Shown: positions 1 through 12,373 of the stretch, in pieces
Layout: each line of letters opens with the position of its first letter
Numbering within the stretch: the stretch's first letter is position 1
NCBI GenBank assembly: GCA_913047395.1
Contig: CAJWUF010000001.1
Location: 18,767 to 82,766, forward strand
DNA length: 64,000 nucleotides
Source of the DNA: an uncultured cyanobacterium
GTDB lineage: Bacteria > Cyanobacteriota > Cyanobacteriia > PCC-6307 > Cyanobiaceae
Reading direction: 5' to 3'
Translations under genes and position numbers: made by a program
Notes under the pieces: model-generated
Told to the model about the DNA's origin: nothing
Databases searched by the model: none
Seen by the model: the letters and a program-made list of their open reading frames with translations, nothing else

Positions 1-28
1 TTCAACTTCTAGAACAAAAACTCGCAGG

Positions 29-1135
29 ATGGCTAGGGGCACAGCAGAAATGAACTTATGGGTAATCAAAGTCGGAACAAGCCTTCTAAGAGGCAATGAG
101 CAGAAATCCACCGCTGAAGTAATTGAGAGTTACAGCGCCTGCCTTTCCGAGAGCATCAACAGGGGAGACCGTGTTCTTCTTGTAACCAGTGGCGCCGTTG
201 GCCTGGGTTGCAATCGATTAGGACTAAGACAGCGCCCCCTCGACGTTGTTTCTCTGCAGGCGGCAGCGGCTATCGGCCAAGGTCAGCTAATGGCTCTCTA
301 CGAAGCTTCTATGAGCCGACGTGGCATCGCCGTAGCTCAGGTTTTGCTAACCCGCTCCGACCTTGGATCTAGACACCGCTACCGCAATGCTTCTAGGACC
401 CTGCAACAGCTACTTGACTGGGGAGTCCTGCCTGTAGTGAATGAAAACGACACCCTCTCGCCAGAGGAATTACGTTACGGAGACAACGACACACTTTCAG
501 CACTAGTTGCAACTGCTGTGGGTGCTGACCAGCTGATCATGCTCACTGATGTAGATCAGCTTTATTCAAGTGACCCACGCATTGATTCCACAGCCGAGCC
601 GATTACAGATGTTTACCATCCACGAGAACTAACAGCTCTTGAAAATGCAGCTGGAGATGGGGGTCAATGGGGAACCGGTGGGATGACCACAAAACTTGCT
701 GCAGCCCGTATCGCCACGGCTAGCGGCATCAAAGTGCACTTAGCTGATGGCAGAAATCCTCAAGTACTGGACGGGTTGTTGCAAGGCGTCCGTAGCGGAA
801 CAGTCTTTCATCCTCATCCCCAACCACTTGGAAATCGCAAGAGCTGGTTAGCTCATGCTCTAAGGCCCTTAGGAACTCTCAAGCTTGATAATGGCGCGTG
901 CGATGCCCTTCAGCACCGTGGGGCCTCCCTACTACTAGTTGGCATAAAGGCAGTAGAGGGGAGCTTTGAAGCTAACCAACCAGTAAGACTGATTAGTCAA
1001 GAAGGAAACGAACTAGCCCGAGGTTTAAGTTCCTTCAGTAGCAAAGAGCTCCTCGATGCCATTGAGACACCGATTAGCACAAATCGCTCACCAGTAGTGG
1101 TGCATCGAGATGTACTAGTTCTCTGCAACGAGTGA
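29..1135 (+). CDS. proB: glutamate 5-kinase
   Basis: [34 protein letters not shown] motifs; C-terminal PUA domain. Confidence 0.96.
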   Translation: MARGTAEMNLWVIKVGTSLLRGNEQKSTAEVIESYSACLSESINRGDRVLLVTSGAVGLGCNRLGLRQRPLDVVSLQAAAAIGQGQLMALYEASMSRRGIAVAQVLLTRSDLGSRHRYRNASRTLQQLLDWGVLPVVNENDTLSPEELRYGDNDTLSALVATAVGADQLIMLTDVDQLYSSDPRIDSTAEPITDVYHPRELTALENAAGDGGQWGTGGMTTKLAAARIATASGIKVHLADGRNPQVLDGLLQGVRSGTVFHPHPQPLGNRKSWLAHALRPLGTLKLDNGACDALQHRGASLLLVGIKAVEGSFEANQPVRLISQEGNELARGLSSFSSKELLDAIETPISTNRSPVVVHRDVLVLCNE

Positions 1136-1190
1136 CTTAAGCGAACAAAACAACTCAACGCACCTACGATCCGCCGAAAGTCTTTTTGAT

Positions 1191-2234
1191 ATGTATTTCA
1201 GCCAGTTAATCGCCGCCCTCGAAATAGGAAACGCTGGCCTGCAAAATCACCATTTGGCTGGAGATCCCGAACTCCGTGGCGGAGCTTCACTAGAGCAAGC
1301 AGAGCCTGACCAATTCAGCTTTCTGGAAAAGGGCAATGCACTAACAACAGAGCTAAGCCGAAGCAATGTTGGTGCTGTATTACTTCCACCCCAAGATGAT
1401 CTAAGGGCAATTGCTGAGCAAAGAGGATTGGCCTGGGCAGTGTTGCAAGATCCTCGCCTTGCATTCGCTGAAGCCCTAGAACATTTGCATCCACGCTCAC
1501 GTCCCAAAACAGGTATTCACCCAACAGCTGTAATCGGGGATCAAGTTGACCTAGGCGAAGGAATCTCGATTGGTGCTCATGTCTTTATTGGAAATGGCAG
1601 CCAAATCGGTGCCAATAGCGTTATCCATCCAGGAGTTGTGATTTACGAAGACGTTGTGATCGGTGAAGCAAATGAACTGCATGCAAATGCAGTACTACAT
1701 CCTGGTTCCAGACTTGGTTTGCACTGCGTTGTGCACTCGAATGCAGTTGTTGGCTCAGAAGGATTCGGCTTTGTACCGACCGCCAACGGGTGGCGCAAAA
1801 TGCCTCAAACCGGTCTTGTAATTCTTGAAGAAGATGTGGAAGTGGGCTGCGGCTCGACAATCGATCGCCCATCTGTTGGCGTAACCCGCATCGGTGCTGG
1901 CACCAAAATCGACAATCTTGTGCAAGTTGGCCATGGGGTAACAACCGGCAAGAACTGTGCTCTGGCCTCACAGGTGGGAATTGCCGGCGGTGCCCGCCTC
2001 GGTGATGGCGTAATCCTGGCCGGTCAGGTTGGAGTAGCCAATAGGGCAGTAATTGGAGATCGCGCAATTGCTAGCTCGAAGAGCGGCATTCATGGCGAAA
2101 TTGAAGCTGGGGCGGTCGTAAGTGGCTATCCCGCAATTTCCAATCGCCTCTGGTTGCGTTGCTCTGCCGCCTTTAACAAATTGCCTGAAATGGCCAAAAC
2201 TCTGCGAAAACTCAACCGGGAGACATCTAGCTAA
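1191..2234 (+). CDS. lpxD: UDP-3-O-acylglucosamine N-acyltransferase
   Basis: hexapeptide repeats; [21 protein letters not shown] motifs. Confidence 0.95.
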   Translation: MYFSQLIAALEIGNAGLQNHHLAGDPELRGGASLEQAEPDQFSFLEKGNALTTELSRSNVGAVLLPPQDDLRAIAEQRGLAWAVLQDPRLAFAEALEHLHPRSRPKTGIHPTAVIGDQVDLGEGISIGAHVFIGNGSQIGANSVIHPGVVIYEDVVIGEANELHANAVLHPGSRLGLHCVVHSNAVVGSEGFGFVPTANGWRKMPQTGLVILEEDVEVGCGSTIDRPSVGVTRIGAGTKIDNLVQVGHGVTTGKNCALASQVGIAGGARLGDGVILAGQVGVANRAVIGDRAIASSKSGIHGEIEAGAVVSGYPAISNRLWLRCSAAFNKLPEMAKTLRKLNRETSS

Positions 2235-2269
2235 TCTCACAGACGGCACAAGCCATTTTGGAGTAACTC

Positions 2270-3343
2270 ATGCGCCAGCACCGCATTATTTTGCTGCCTG
2301 GTGATGGCATTGGTCCTGAAATAACGGCAGTAGCAAGACGATTACTTGATCAGGTATCAAATCAGCACGGTTTCCAGCTCAACTTTGAAAAGCACCCCAT
2401 CGGTGGTGCTGCTATAGACGCCAGTGGATCGCCACTGCCAGAAAGCACCCTGAGGGCTTGTCGTTCCAGTGATGGGGTTCTGCTGGCTGCGATCGGCAGC
2501 CCCCGCTTTGATGCACTGCCCAGGGAAGAACGTCCAGAGACAGGTCTACTGGGCTTGCGCGCGGGTATGAAACTATTCGCGAACCTCAGACCAGTAACAA
2601 TCCTGCCAGCTCTAATTGATGCCAGCAGCTTGAAAGCAAATGTGATCGAAGGAGTCGATCTGATGGTTGTGCGAGAGCTGACCGGCGGTATCTATTTCGG
2701 CCAACCAAAAGGACGTGTTGAGGCAGATGGGGATGAGCGTGCCTTCAACACGATGACCTACTCCAAAAGCGAAATAGACCGAATCGCCAAGGTCGCTTTC
2801 GAGCTCGCTGGCGAACGCAGCGGAAAGCTTTGTTCAGTAGACAAGGCAAATGTGCTTGATGTGAGTCAACTCTGGCGTGATCGGGTTGATGCTTTAGCTG
2901 AAAGTTATGAGGATGTACAAGTCAGCCACATGTATGTGGACAATGCCGCCATGCAATTGGTTCGCAACCCAAGCCAGTTCGATGTGCTTCTCACCGGCAA
3001 CCTATTCGGAGACATACTCAGTGACGAAGCTGCCATGCTCACAGGCTCGATTGGCATGCTGCCCTCCGCCTCCCTTGGTAGTGAAGGTCCTGGTCTCTTC
3101 GAACCAGTGCATGGCTCCGCCCCTGATATCGCAGGCCAGGACTTAGCAAATCCAATGGCAATGGTTCTTTCAGCAGCAATGATGCTGAGAATCGGCCTGA
3201 AAGAATCCGAAGCCGCTAAGGCACTAGAGCGATCTGTAGACCGTGTTTTAAAGGCTGGCTTCCGTACAGGTGATCTAATCAGCGAGGGCTGTACCCAACT
3301 GGGATGCGAGGCGATGGGGGAACAGTTATTGCAAGCGCTGTAA
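2270..3343 (+). CDS. leuB: 3-isopropylmalate dehydrogenase
   Basis: [42 protein letters not shown]. Confidence 0.97.
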   Translation: MRQHRIILLPGDGIGPEITAVARRLLDQVSNQHGFQLNFEKHPIGGAAIDASGSPLPESTLRACRSSDGVLLAAIGSPRFDALPREERPETGLLGLRAGMKLFANLRPVTILPALIDASSLKANVIEGVDLMVVRELTGGIYFGQPKGRVEADGDERAFNTMTYSKSEIDRIAKVAFELAGERSGKLCSVDKANVLDVSQLWRDRVDALAESYEDVQVSHMYVDNAAMQLVRNPSQFDVLLTGNLFGDILSDEAAMLTGSIGMLPSASLGSEGPGLFEPVHGSAPDIAGQDLANPMAMVLSAAMMLRIGLKESEAAKALERSVDRVLKAGFRTGDLISEGCTQLGCEAMGEQLLQAL

Positions 3344-3440
3344 GAGATCTAAAACCCTGTACACCAAGACCCGATGTTGCCAATATCACGAATTTGCCGG
3401 GCGACCTGCCAAAATCTCTAGGCCTGTCCTGCCTGCGTAG

Positions 3441-4343
3441 ATGTCGAAGCGTCACCCGGTTGTCGCCGTTACAGGTTCCTCTGGAGCCGGAACCAGCACC
3501 GTAAAGCGGGCCTTCGAGCACATCTTTGCCCGAGAGAGCATCACCCCCGCTGTAGTGGAGGGGGATAGCTATCACCGCTTCGAGCGGACAGCCATGAAGG
3601 AAGCTATGGCTGAAGCCTTAGCTAAGGGAGAAAACTTCTCTCACTTCGGTCCAGAAGCAAATCTCTTCGACAAGTTAGAAGAACTCTTCCGCACCTATAG
3701 CGAAACAGGTGGTGGCCAGAAGCGTTACTACCTGCACAGCACTGAAGAGGCAGCAGAACATAACAGCCGCTTAGGCACCAAACTTGAGCCCGGCCAGTTC
3801 ACCCCCTGGGAAGACATCCCTGTCGGTACTGACGTTCTCTTCTACGAAGGCCTGCATGGTGGCGTTGTAGGTGATAACTACGACGTAGCCACTTTCGCCG
3901 ATCTACTGGTTGGTGTAGTCCCGATCACAAACCTTGAGTGGATTCAAAAGATCCACCGTGACAATGCAGAACGAGGTTATTCCGCAGAAGCGATTGTCGA
4001 TACCATCCTGCGCCGTATGCCGGATTACATCAATCACATCTGTCCCCAGTTCAGCCGCACAGACATTAACTTCCAGAGAGTCCCCACAGTGGACACCTCA
4101 AATCCATTCATTTGTAGGAACATTCCAACACCTGATGAGAGCTTTGTGATCATTCACTTCCGTAAAGGCGCTCGCGAAAAATGGGGGATTGATTTCGGTG
4201 ACTTACTTAATATGATCAATGACTCATTCATGTCAAGTCCAACAAGCATCGTGGTGAATGGAGGCAAAATGAGTTTTGCGATGGAATTAATTCTCGCCCC
4301 AATCATTCATCGGCTAATCGAAGAAAAACACAAGCTATCCTGA
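3441..4343 (+). CDS. prk: phosphoribulokinase (proteobacterial/alpha-cyanobacterial type)
   Basis: VTGSSGAGTST P-loop, YEGLHG, INFQRVPTVDTSNPF. Confidence 0.95.
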   Translation: MSKRHPVVAVTGSSGAGTSTVKRAFEHIFARESITPAVVEGDSYHRFERTAMKEAMAEALAKGENFSHFGPEANLFDKLEELFRTYSETGGGQKRYYLHSTEEAAEHNSRLGTKLEPGQFTPWEDIPVGTDVLFYEGLHGGVVGDNYDVATFADLLVGVVPITNLEWIQKIHRDNAERGYSAEAIVDTILRRMPDYINHICPQFSRTDINFQRVPTVDTSNPFICRNIPTPDESFVIIHFRKGAREKWGIDFGDLLNMINDSFMSSPTSIVVNGGKMSFAMELILAPIIHRLIEEKHKLS

Positions 4344-4374
4344 ACAAAATCAGATAGAACTCTCAACTACAACT

Positions 4375-4728
4375 ATGATGGGATTATCTGAGCAATCAGT
4401 TAATCCCATTCCTATTTCTCCTCCATCATTTTCAATCTCAAAAGCCGCCGCTAGATCAGTAGAGGCAGTGCGATGGGATCGAATCAACAGCCGAGAAGTA
4501 ATTGAGAAAGCTCGGAAGATTTATTTCAATTATCTCTCCAACAGCATCAGCGGCCCGGAACCCATTGGCGTTGTGCTGAGTCAAAAAAACGGTAAAGGGC
4601 GTGTGGTCTTTGATCTACCTGCCCTGCTTCCTAATGAGCACTACCTAAAACTTGAACTACTACGGTCACGACTGACCCGTTCCCGCCTAACTCAGAAAAG
4701 GAATCCTGGAATAGATTTACCGAGCTAA
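4375..4728 (+). CDS. conserved hypothetical protein
   Basis: ORF between prk and pilD, stop overlaps the next start (TAATG); GRVVFDLPALLP segment. Confidence 0.7.
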   Translation: MMGLSEQSVNPIPISPPSFSISKAAARSVEAVRWDRINSREVIEKARKIYFNYLSNSISGPEPIGVVLSQKNGKGRVVFDLPALLPNEHYLKLELLRSRLTRSRLTQKRNPGIDLPS

Positions 4729-5588
4729 TGCAACTGATCTATCTAGCGATCATCGGAGCATGCATTGGCAGTTTTATCAATGTGGTGGCCTTGCGGTTAC
4801 CGAGAAAGGAATCGTTGATCTGGCCAGGCAGTCATTGCAGATCTTGCGGCAGTGATGTGCGTTGGTACGACAACGTGCCTGTAGTGGCATGGCTTCAACT
4901 AGGTGGTCGATGCCGTGATTGCAAGGCCTCAATTCCATTGCGTTATCCAGCTGTAGAGGTTCTTAGCGCTGGGCTTTGGGTATCGGCTGCCATGGCAGCC
5001 CCCACAAGCCTTGGCCTGGTGCCTTCATTGTTCAAACTTTGGGCTGGCGTAGTGCTCGTGAGTTTGCTTTTACCACTAGTGCTTATAGACCTTGACCACA
5101 TGTGGCTGCCAGAACCGTTATGCCGGTTAGGTCTGTTGCTGGGCATCACTGCAACGGTTGCGGCAGCTGTATTAAACGGTTGGGAGGAAGGATCTAACTT
5201 GCTGCTCAACCATCTAATTGCTGCCGCTGCTGCACTGCTGGCTCTTGAGATGTTCGCCACATTTTGGGGAATATTTATAAGAGCAATCAATTTTATCTGC
5301 AGTCGCCAGATAAAACCTTTAAAAGCAATTGGAAGTGGTGATGCAAAACTCGCTGCTATGGCTGGGGCATGGCTAGGTCTTAAAGGGGTGGGAATGGCCC
5401 TAGCGATTGCAAACGTTTCCGGTGCTTTGTTTGGCTTAATTGCTTTTGCATCATTTCGACTTAAGTGGCGTCAGCCTTTTCCCTTCGGGCCATTCATTGC
5501 TATTGGGATATGGGGGGTTTGGTTATGCGGACCAGATTGGTGGTGGGATCAGTGGCAGAACCTGATACAGATCCAAATGGGGCTTTAA
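4728..5588 (+). CDS. pilD: prepilin peptidase/N-methyltransferase (A24 family)
   Basis: GSFINV, two CxxC pairs, IDLD and GDAKL aspartate motifs, PFGPFI. Confidence 0.92.
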   Translation: MQLIYLAIIGACIGSFINVVALRLPRKESLIWPGSHCRSCGSDVRWYDNVPVVAWLQLGGRCRDCKASIPLRYPAVEVLSAGLWVSAAMAAPTSLGLVPSLFKLWAGVVLVSLLLPLVLIDLDHMWLPEPLCRLGLLLGITATVAAAVLNGWEEGSNLLLNHLIAAAAALLALEMFATFWGIFIRAINFICSRQIKPLKAIGSGDAKLAAMAGAWLGLKGVGMALAIANVSGALFGLIAFASFRLKWRQPFPFGPFIAIGIWGVWLCGPDWWWDQWQNLIQIQMGL

Positions 5589-5611
5589 TGGACTGAACGC
5601 TGCTTGGACCC

Positions 5612-6493
5612 GTGTCACTTTTTGACTGGTTTGCTGATCGTCGCAAAGGTCAATTCGTTGGCAAGGTGAGCCAAGAGACAGAAGAAAGCGATGGACTTTG
5701 GGGCAAATGCCCAGAATGCAGCCAGGTTGTTTACCGCAAGGATCTACAAGCTAACGCCAGTGTTTGCAATAACTGTGGCCATCACCACCGCATCGACAGC
5801 CAAGAGCGAATTGCCCTGATCACTGATCCGGGTAGTTTTCAAGTCCTTAATCGAGACCTCAGCCCTACCGATCCGCTCGGCTTCAAAGATCGCCGTGCCT
5901 ATGCAGACCGACTCAGAGAAAGCCAAGCCTCCACAGGAATGAAGGATGGAGTCGTAACAGGCTTATGTCAGGTAGAAATGATGCCTATGGCCCTTGCTGT
6001 GATGGATTTCCGCTTCATGGGAGGCTCGATGGGATCAGTTGTAGGCGAAAAGATCACACGACTAATTGAACGAGCTACAGCCGAACGTCTCCCACTGCTA
6101 ATCATTTGCGCCTCAGGCGGTGCCCGAATGCAGGAAGGCATGCTGAGCCTGATGCAAATGGCCAAAATTTCTGGAGCTCTAGAACGACACAGAGAAGCGG
6201 AGCTCCTCTACATGCCACTACTCACTCATCCAACAACCGGTGGTGTGACAGCCAGTTTCGCCATGCTTGGCGATCTAATTCTGGCAGAACCAAAAGCCCT
6301 AATTGGCTTCGCTGGACGCCGTGTAATTGAACAGACCCTGAGGGAAAAGCTACCTGAAAATTTTCAAACCGCTGAATACCTTCAAGAGCATGGCTTCGTA
6401 GACACAATTGTGCCCCGCACTCAGCTACGTAAAACCCTTGCTTCACTATTACGCCTTCATGGCTGCAAAGCTAAGAAGGCTGCTGGCAGATGA
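5612..6493 (+). CDS. accD: acetyl-CoA carboxylase carboxyltransferase beta subunit
   Basis: CxxC...CxxC zinc finger, [33 protein letters not shown]. Confidence 0.97.
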   Translation: MSLFDWFADRRKGQFVGKVSQETEESDGLWGKCPECSQVVYRKDLQANASVCNNCGHHHRIDSQERIALITDPGSFQVLNRDLSPTDPLGFKDRRAYADRLRESQASTGMKDGVVTGLCQVEMMPMALAVMDFRFMGGSMGSVVGEKITRLIERATAERLPLLIICASGGARMQEGMLSLMQMAKISGALERHREAELLYMPLLTHPTTGGVTASFAMLGDLILAEPKALIGFAGRRVIEQTLREKLPENFQTAEYLQEHGFVDTIVPRTQLRKTLASLLRLHGCKAKKAAGR

Positions 6494-6906
6494 TCAAGTA
6501 TCTAAGCAAATGCGGCCAATGGATTAGTCAAGGAATACTGCTGATGCTGATCAGCCTGTCAATTACCTATGGCCTTCTCGAAGCTCAGGTGGCAATCGCT
6601 GGACCAGTTGAGTGGAGAGAAGTTCCAGCAACAGATGCCGGCCAGCAATGGTGGGATTTAGGAAGCCTTCACTACGATAAAGATGGCAACCTCAGTGTGC
6701 TGAGTCGTTTCACTCCAGCTGCAAGTGAAGACGAAAAACCAAGCAAAGGCAGTCTTTATGTAATGCATATTGACTGCGATCAAAAACTCTTCAGGGATAC
6801 TTCAGTGAATGGATTGCCACGTTTCCGGGCTAAATGGAACCTCTCTAATGGTGATGGCTTGATAGATGCCCTGATCGATGAAGTTTGCGCTGCAGAGGTT
6901 GCCTAA
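6490..6906 (+). CDS. conserved hypothetical exported protein
   Basis: overlaps accD stop (ATGA); N-terminal hydrophobic signal; two Cys. Confidence 0.75.
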   Translation: MIKYLSKCGQWISQGILLMLISLSITYGLLEAQVAIAGPVEWREVPATDAGQQWWDLGSLHYDKDGNLSVLSRFTPAASEDEKPSKGSLYVMHIDCDQKLFRDTSVNGLPRFRAKWNLSNGDGLIDALIDEVCAAEVA

Positions 6907-8025
6907 ATGTCAAGCATTAATCAAATCCAATCGCCAATAGGCGTTGCAATAGCCGGCCTTGGATTCGGTGAGGCAGTTCATCTTCCTGCCCTGAAAGCCA
7001 ACCCAGAACTAAAGCCTGTTGCCCTATGGCATCCACGCAACGAACGTCTACAGAAAGCCTGCAAAGAGCATGATCTCACTGGTCACAACGACTGGTCGGC
7101 TCTTTTGGCTGATCCAAAGGTAGAAGCCATAATCCTGGCCACCCCACCAGGCCCACGCTTTGAATTAGCCCAAAAGGCTCTAGAAGCAGGAAAACATTTG
7201 CTGCTAGAGAAACCCGTTGCACTGCATGCAGAACAAGTAGCGACTCTGCAAAGGCTTGCGATAGGAAACCGTCTGAGTGTTGCGGTGGACTTTGAATACC
7301 GAGCAGTGCCGCTGTTCATGCAAGCCAAGCGGCTGCTAGCTGAAGGTGCAGTAGGCACACCCTGGCTTGTCAAACTTGACTGGTTGATGAGTAGTCGGGC
7401 CAATGCCTCAAGACCCTGGAACTGGTATTCCCAAGTCGAGGCTGGTGGTGGTGTGATTGGTGCCCTTGGTACCCATGCCTTCGACATATTGCATTGGTTG
7501 TTTGGACCAACGCAAAGTATTAATGGATTACTTTCCACCTCAATAAAAGAACGGCCTGATCCAAAGAGTGGAAGTTCGCTTGAGGTAAGCAGTGAAGATG
7601 TAGCTCTGGCGCAATTGAAGCTGAATTCAATAGAGGCATCAGACTTACCAGCACAGGTAAGCCTTACAGCCATTGCCCTACAGGGAAGGGGATGCTGGCT
7701 AGAGATCTATGGCAGCAAAGGCAGCATCTTGCTCGGTAGCGACAATCAGAAAGATTATGTGCATGGCTTCGATCTAAAGGCCGCAGTTGCAGGGGAGCCT
7801 CTAAGAAGCATCAGTCCTGATGCTGATCTGGTTTTCCCAAGCAAATGGAGTGATGGTCGTATCGCACCGGTTGCAAGAATTCAGGGCTGGTGGGCTGAAA
7901 GTATCCGCAGCGGCCATCCGATGGTGCCAGGCCTAGCAGAAGGATGGGCTAGCCAACAGGTTTGCGACAAGTTGAGGGATTCCGCAGCATCGGGTCAACA
8001 ACTGTCGATCAAATCAACAATCTAA
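6907..8025 (+). CDS. Gfo/Idh/MocA family oxidoreductase
   Basis: GLGFG Rossmann motif, LEKP, GGGVIGALGTHAFD. Confidence 0.88.
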   Translation: MSSINQIQSPIGVAIAGLGFGEAVHLPALKANPELKPVALWHPRNERLQKACKEHDLTGHNDWSALLADPKVEAIILATPPGPRFELAQKALEAGKHLLLEKPVALHAEQVATLQRLAIGNRLSVAVDFEYRAVPLFMQAKRLLAEGAVGTPWLVKLDWLMSSRANASRPWNWYSQVEAGGGVIGALGTHAFDILHWLFGPTQSINGLLSTSIKERPDPKSGSSLEVSSEDVALAQLKLNSIEASDLPAQVSLTAIALQGRGCWLEIYGSKGSILLGSDNQKDYVHGFDLKAAVAGEPLRSISPDADLVFPSKWSDGRIAPVARIQGWWAESIRSGHPMVPGLAEGWASQQVCDKLRDSAASGQQLSIKSTI

Positions 8026-8143
8026 AAACAACTCAGGCGCATTGGGATGGGTGACATTTCTTACCGTCGTCTTATAAAGTCCTTTGCCTCAGCCCAGAAC
8101 TCTTTGTTCAGAACTGGGCCCTACTGACACTTCGGAGATCTCG

Positions 8144-9211
8144 ATGGCCCTCGTTCCGCTAAGGCTTTTGCTCGACCATGCAGCTGAGAACAGCTATGGC
8201 ATCCCTGCCTTCAATGTGAACAACCTCGAGCAGGTTCAGGCCATCATGGAAGCCGCTGCCGAAACCGACAGCCCAGTAATCCTGCAAGCCTCACGCGGTG
8301 CTCGCACCTACGCCGGAGAGATATTCCTGCGCCATCTGATCATCGCAGCCGTAGAGACCTATCCAGACATCCCTGTGGTGATGCACCAGGACCACGGCAA
8401 CAGCCCATCAACCTGCTTTGGTGCAGCAGCAAACGGATTCACCTCCGTGATGATGGACGGTTCACTTGAGGCCGATGCCAAGACCCCTGCCAGCTACGAA
8501 TACAACGTTGCTGTCACAAAGGAAGTCGTAGGTGTTGCACACGCTATCGGCGTTAGCGTAGAAGGTGAGCTGGGCTGCTTAGGTTCACTGGAAACAGGTA
8601 TGGGTGAAGCCGAAGACGGTCACGGATTCGAAGGAAAGCTAGATCACAGCCAACTACTTACAGATCCAGCAGAAGCTGCCGACTTTGTAGATAAAACCAA
8701 GGTAGATGCACTGGCAATAGCAATTGGTACAAGTCACGGTGCCTATAAGTTCACACGTAAACCCACAGGTGAAGTATTAGCTATTAGCCGAATCGCCGAA
8801 ATCCATAAGGCCATCCCCAACACTCATTTGGTGATGCACGGCTCATCATCTGTTCCCCAGGAATGGCTGGAAATGATCAATAAATATGGTGGGGCCATTC
8901 CAGAGACCTATGGAGTTCCAGTCGAAGAAATCCAAGAAGGCATACGCAATGGAGTGCGCAAGGTAAATATTGACACCGACAATCGCTTGGCCTTTACCGC
9001 CGCAGTACGTGAAGCAGCAGTTGCTGATCCAGCCAATTTCGACCCTCGTCACTTCAACAAACCAGCTCGTAAATATATGAAGCAGGTATGCCTAGATCGC
9101 TATGAACAGTTCTGGTGTGCAGGCAATGCCAGCAAAATCAAGCAACGTGACATTAACTATTACGCAGCCCTTTATGAGAAAGGTCAACTAGATCCCAAAA
9201 CTGTAGCCTAA
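8144..9211 (+). CDS. fba: fructose-1,6-bisphosphate aldolase class II (Calvin-cycle type)
   Basis: start taken at ATG 8144 ([16 protein letters not shown]) with GGAG upstream; [21 protein letters not shown]. Confidence 0.97.
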   Translation: MALVPLRLLLDHAAENSYGIPAFNVNNLEQVQAIMEAAAETDSPVILQASRGARTYAGEIFLRHLIIAAVETYPDIPVVMHQDHGNSPSTCFGAAANGFTSVMMDGSLEADAKTPASYEYNVAVTKEVVGVAHAIGVSVEGELGCLGSLETGMGEAEDGHGFEGKLDHSQLLTDPAEAADFVDKTKVDALAIAIGTSHGAYKFTRKPTGEVLAISRIAEIHKAIPNTHLVMHGSSSVPQEWLEMINKYGGAIPETYGVPVEEIQEGIRNGVRKVNIDTDNRLAFTAAVREAAVADPANFDPRHFNKPARKYMKQVCLDRYEQFWCAGNASKIKQRDINYYAALYEKGQLDPKTVA

Positions 9212-9238
9212 ACATAAGGGCAATAGTAAAGACGAACA

Positions 9239-9278
9239 GCCAGCACAGTGCGAGGAATCAGTCTACCTCTGTGCTGGC
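9239..9278 (+). terminator. stem-loop downstream of fba
   Basis: GCCAGCACAG ... CTGTGCTGGC 10-bp inverted repeat; no clear U-tract. Confidence 0.5.
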
Positions 9279-10119
9279 ATTGCAAAGGTTAAGCAACTGA
9301 AAACGAAAAAACAAGCTTGCATAGTATGTGCAATGCAAACAATGTGAATAATAAAATAAAAATACTACCCATTATAGATGCCAACCAAGATCAAATTGTG
9401 CATAGATCAAACCAGGATAAATCCAATACCGAATCAGGAGCCTTGCTGATGAATACCAGAAACCGATTGAAAAAGCAGAAGAAAAACGAAAGCAAGAATG
9501 GTCAACTATCGCGCACTTAACTATAAGAATTACAGAATAAATAGCAACTTTATCCGAACATAGCTACAGAGAGGATGGAGGCACAAAGCGATCAAAGTGG
9601 CTAGTTAAGGTAGATAAACGATGTATGAACAGGCCAAAGATTGAGCAGAGGAATCTAAGAATTTCTCACATGAAATCAGCAAGAGGTAAAAGAACAAGCA
9701 ATTTCGATTTATACCCACATAAGCAAACAAAAAACAATAATCAGCCACCGTTTGTGAGTGTAATTGATAACAAAAAGGATCAGAATCTGGACTAGCTTAA
9801 AAATATAAGTCAATTAAATCCCATGGAATATGATCACAATTAGGGAAGCCTATGTTGTTTATAACATACATCAAGACAAATAAAGATCAAGCCAAGAATA
9901 ACTAACGCAAGAAATTACCTAGATCTATTCTCAACAGATCTCACTTAAAAGTATAAAGGTGATCATCAGCGAAGCATTCACTCAGAGGTATCGTACAAGA
10001 GAGAAAAAGATGAAGCTAATGAACAAGTTATCACCATTAACTTATTTAAACAATAGTGAAAATGCCGATAACAGCTTTTGTATTAATTGCACCCAACTTT
10101 AAATAGGATGGGATGGTTT

Positions 10120-11100
10120 TCAAGGCAGTAACATCAGCGAGCCATTCTTTCCGTCAAGACATGCATTAGCACCAAGCGGCAAAGAAAGGTTCGGCTGACC
10201 ATGTCCTACAGGAAGATCAATCACAAGTGGCACTCCTAAATCAGAAAGCCGCTCTTTGATGATAGCGGACATCGAGAAATCACCAGGTTCCTCTTCCCCT
10301 TGCCAATTAAAACGACCAATCGCTAAACCGATTACATCTTTAAACAAGCCAACACTGCGCCATTGAGTGAGCATGCGATCTACGCGATATGGCGCCTCAC
10401 CAATGTCCTCAAAAACTAGCAAAGTCCCACGCAGATCAGGGAACCAGGGTGTTCCGATCAAATGCGTAGCCACGGTGAGATTTGTTACTACCAAAGGGCC
10501 TACAGCTATTCCTGCAATTATTCCTCTACCTGTTATCGGGGCTACCGATCTAGCGGTCAATAGATCGACCGTTCGCTGCCACTGCGCATCTGGTCCAGCG
10601 ATGGATCCATGGATAGCACCGCGAGATCCAGCAGCCCATTGAGCCAACAGCAAAGAACAAGAATCAGAGAAACCTATCGACCAAAGAGAGCGGCGGGAGA
10701 AGTTGAAGCCTGCTTCTAGAACCCTGGCAGAACCCCAACCTGCACCGATATAAAAAATTGCCTCGATGCGGGGATCACTCCAGGCTGCCTCCAAATCGAC
10801 GCGTCGTTCTGCATCAGTCCCGGAAAACCACTTCCACTTGCGATGCAAAGAAGCTGGCAACTCAAGTTGCCAGCCCTCAGCCTTACAACGCTCAACTAAT
10901 GGCAAAAAGTCAGTTCTAGGATCAATCCAGGTGCCGGTATTCACCGCACGAATGCGGGAACCATGTCGAAGTGGATTCGGTGCAGCTAGAGGTTGAGGTG
11001 TAGTTAACGCTGAGGTAGAAGTAAGGCCTCGCCTCGAACTAACCAGATTGGCTACCAACGCAGCCGGAACTCCCATAAACAGAGAACGGCGGTGCATCAC
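10120..11100 (-). CDS. LD-carboxypeptidase (peptidase S66) with Tat-like signal
   Basis: RRSLF twin-arginine start; GFSD (Ser), FEDIGE (Glu), GHG (His) catalytic triad motifs. Confidence 0.88.
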   Translation of the reverse strand: MMHRRSLFMGVPAALVANLVSSRRGLTSTSALTTPQPLAAPNPLRHGSRIRAVNTGTWIDPRTDFLPLVERCKAEGWQLELPASLHRKWKWFSGTDAERRVDLEAAWSDPRIEAIFYIGAGWGSARVLEAGFNFSRRSLWSIGFSDSCSLLLAQWAAGSRGAIHGSIAGPDAQWQRTVDLLTARSVAPITGRGIIAGIAVGPLVVTNLTVATHLIGTPWFPDLRGTLLVFEDIGEAPYRVDRMLTQWRSVGLFKDVIGLAIGRFNWQGEEEPGDFSMSAIIKERLSDLGVPLVIDLPVGHGQPNLSLPLGANACLDGKNGSLMLLP

Positions 11101-11103
11101 TTA

Positions 11104-11757
11104 TTAGCCAAGAAGTGCCTGCAACAAACCTCGACCATCAACTCCGCCAATTAAAGGATCACAAGCCCGCTCGGGATGGGGCATCAAGCCAAGTACATTG
11201 CCGAGCTTGTTTGTTATGCCAGCAATATCTGCCACAGAGCCATTTGGATTACTGACGTAACGCAAAGCGATAGCGTCATCGTCTTGCAATTGATGGAGGG
11301 TGTCGTTATTGCACTGATATCGACCCTCACCATGAGCGATTGGCAGAGTTAAAGCATCGCCACGAGAACGCGCATGCAGCCATGAAGTGCGATTACTTGC
11401 CACAGTGAGTGGCGTGTCCTCACAGATGAAATGAAGGCTGCGGTTGCGAGTAAGAACTCCTGGGAGCAGGCCTAATTCAGTAAGGACTTGAAAGCCATTG
11501 CAAATACCTAGAACCCTGCCACCACTAGCCACAAAATCCACCAAAGACTCCAATACCGGTGCAAAGCGAGCAATTGCCCCACAGCGGAGGTAATCGCCGT
11601 AACTAAAGCCACCAGGAAGTACTACAGCATCAAGGCCTTTGAGTTCACGAGTCTCATGCCAGAGAAAACGCGTAGGCATGTCCAGACATCCTTCAGCTGC
11701 CCAGCGCACATCGCGATCGCAATTGGAACCAGGGAAGACAACAACACCAATAGTCAT
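11104..11757 (-). CDS. purQ: phosphoribosylformylglycinamidine synthase glutaminase subunit
   Basis: [30 protein letters not shown]. Confidence 0.97.
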   Translation of the reverse strand: MTIGVVVFPGSNCDRDVRWAAEGCLDMPTRFLWHETRELKGLDAVVLPGGFSYGDYLRCGAIARFAPVLESLVDFVASGGRVLGICNGFQVLTELGLLPGVLTRNRSLHFICEDTPLTVASNRTSWLHARSRGDALTLPIAHGEGRYQCNNDTLHQLQDDDAIALRYVSNPNGSVADIAGITNKLGNVLGLMPHPERACDPLIGGVDGRGLLQALLG

Positions 11758-11764
11758 AACTTGA

Positions 11765-12040
11765 TCAGGCGCTAGTTGAAGAGTCGCGATGAAGCTCCAG
11801 GCTCCAATCCTCTATCACTGGATTAGCAAGTAAGCGATCGCTAAGCAGTTCTAACTGCTTGCGGGCCTCAGCCTCATTGGTTGCCTCCAGCTCAAGATCG
11901 ACAGCTTTGCCTATGCGTAGTTTGGTTATGCCCTCTACCCCAAGGCGAGATGCAGCTGAGCGGGTTGCTTCCCCAGCAGGGTCTAATACTGAGGACCGTA
12001 AACTCACATGTACGCGGGCTTGGAAACGCTGCAAGGTCAT
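11765..12040 (-). CDS. purS: phosphoribosylformylglycinamidine synthase subunit PurS
   Basis: VLDPAG and LLANPVIE motifs; directly upstream of purQ. Confidence 0.95.
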   Translation of the reverse strand: MTLQRFQARVHVSLRSSVLDPAGEATRSAASRLGVEGITKLRIGKAVDLELEATNEAEARKQLELLSDRLLANPVIEDWSLELHRDSSTSA

Positions 12041-12373
12041 TGAGCAATTGATTTAAATCTTCGCAGCTCAAGCAAGCCAACTAAGAACAAAGTCACCATG
12101 TTGATGTGATGAGTGATGAGAAAGCTAGTGGCCATGTTTCAGAGGTGCAAGTTTTGTTGGGATTAAAACCTGCGAGCTTTACCACTGAAAACCGAGGCAG
12201 TGCCTTTTAACTATGACTTCACTAAGGACTATAAATAAAAACATGCGCAGACAAAGAAGCTTTAACCAGTTATTAGAGGCGTAGTAATTAGAGCTAGCTG
12301 ATTGGCGTTACTTTAAGTAGTGAGATATTAAAGAATTTAGACAAGATAGAATCGACCTTAAATGGTATTGAGT

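Noticed and set aside
3441-4343. Proteobacterial-type PRK as part of the cbbM transfer
   Set aside because: This PRK type is standard in alpha-cyanobacteria and sits in its usual core context.
9280-10110. 67-aa ORF and AT-rich spacer after fba
   Set aside because: Low-complexity translation and no recognisable protein in the frames I tried; no repeat array.
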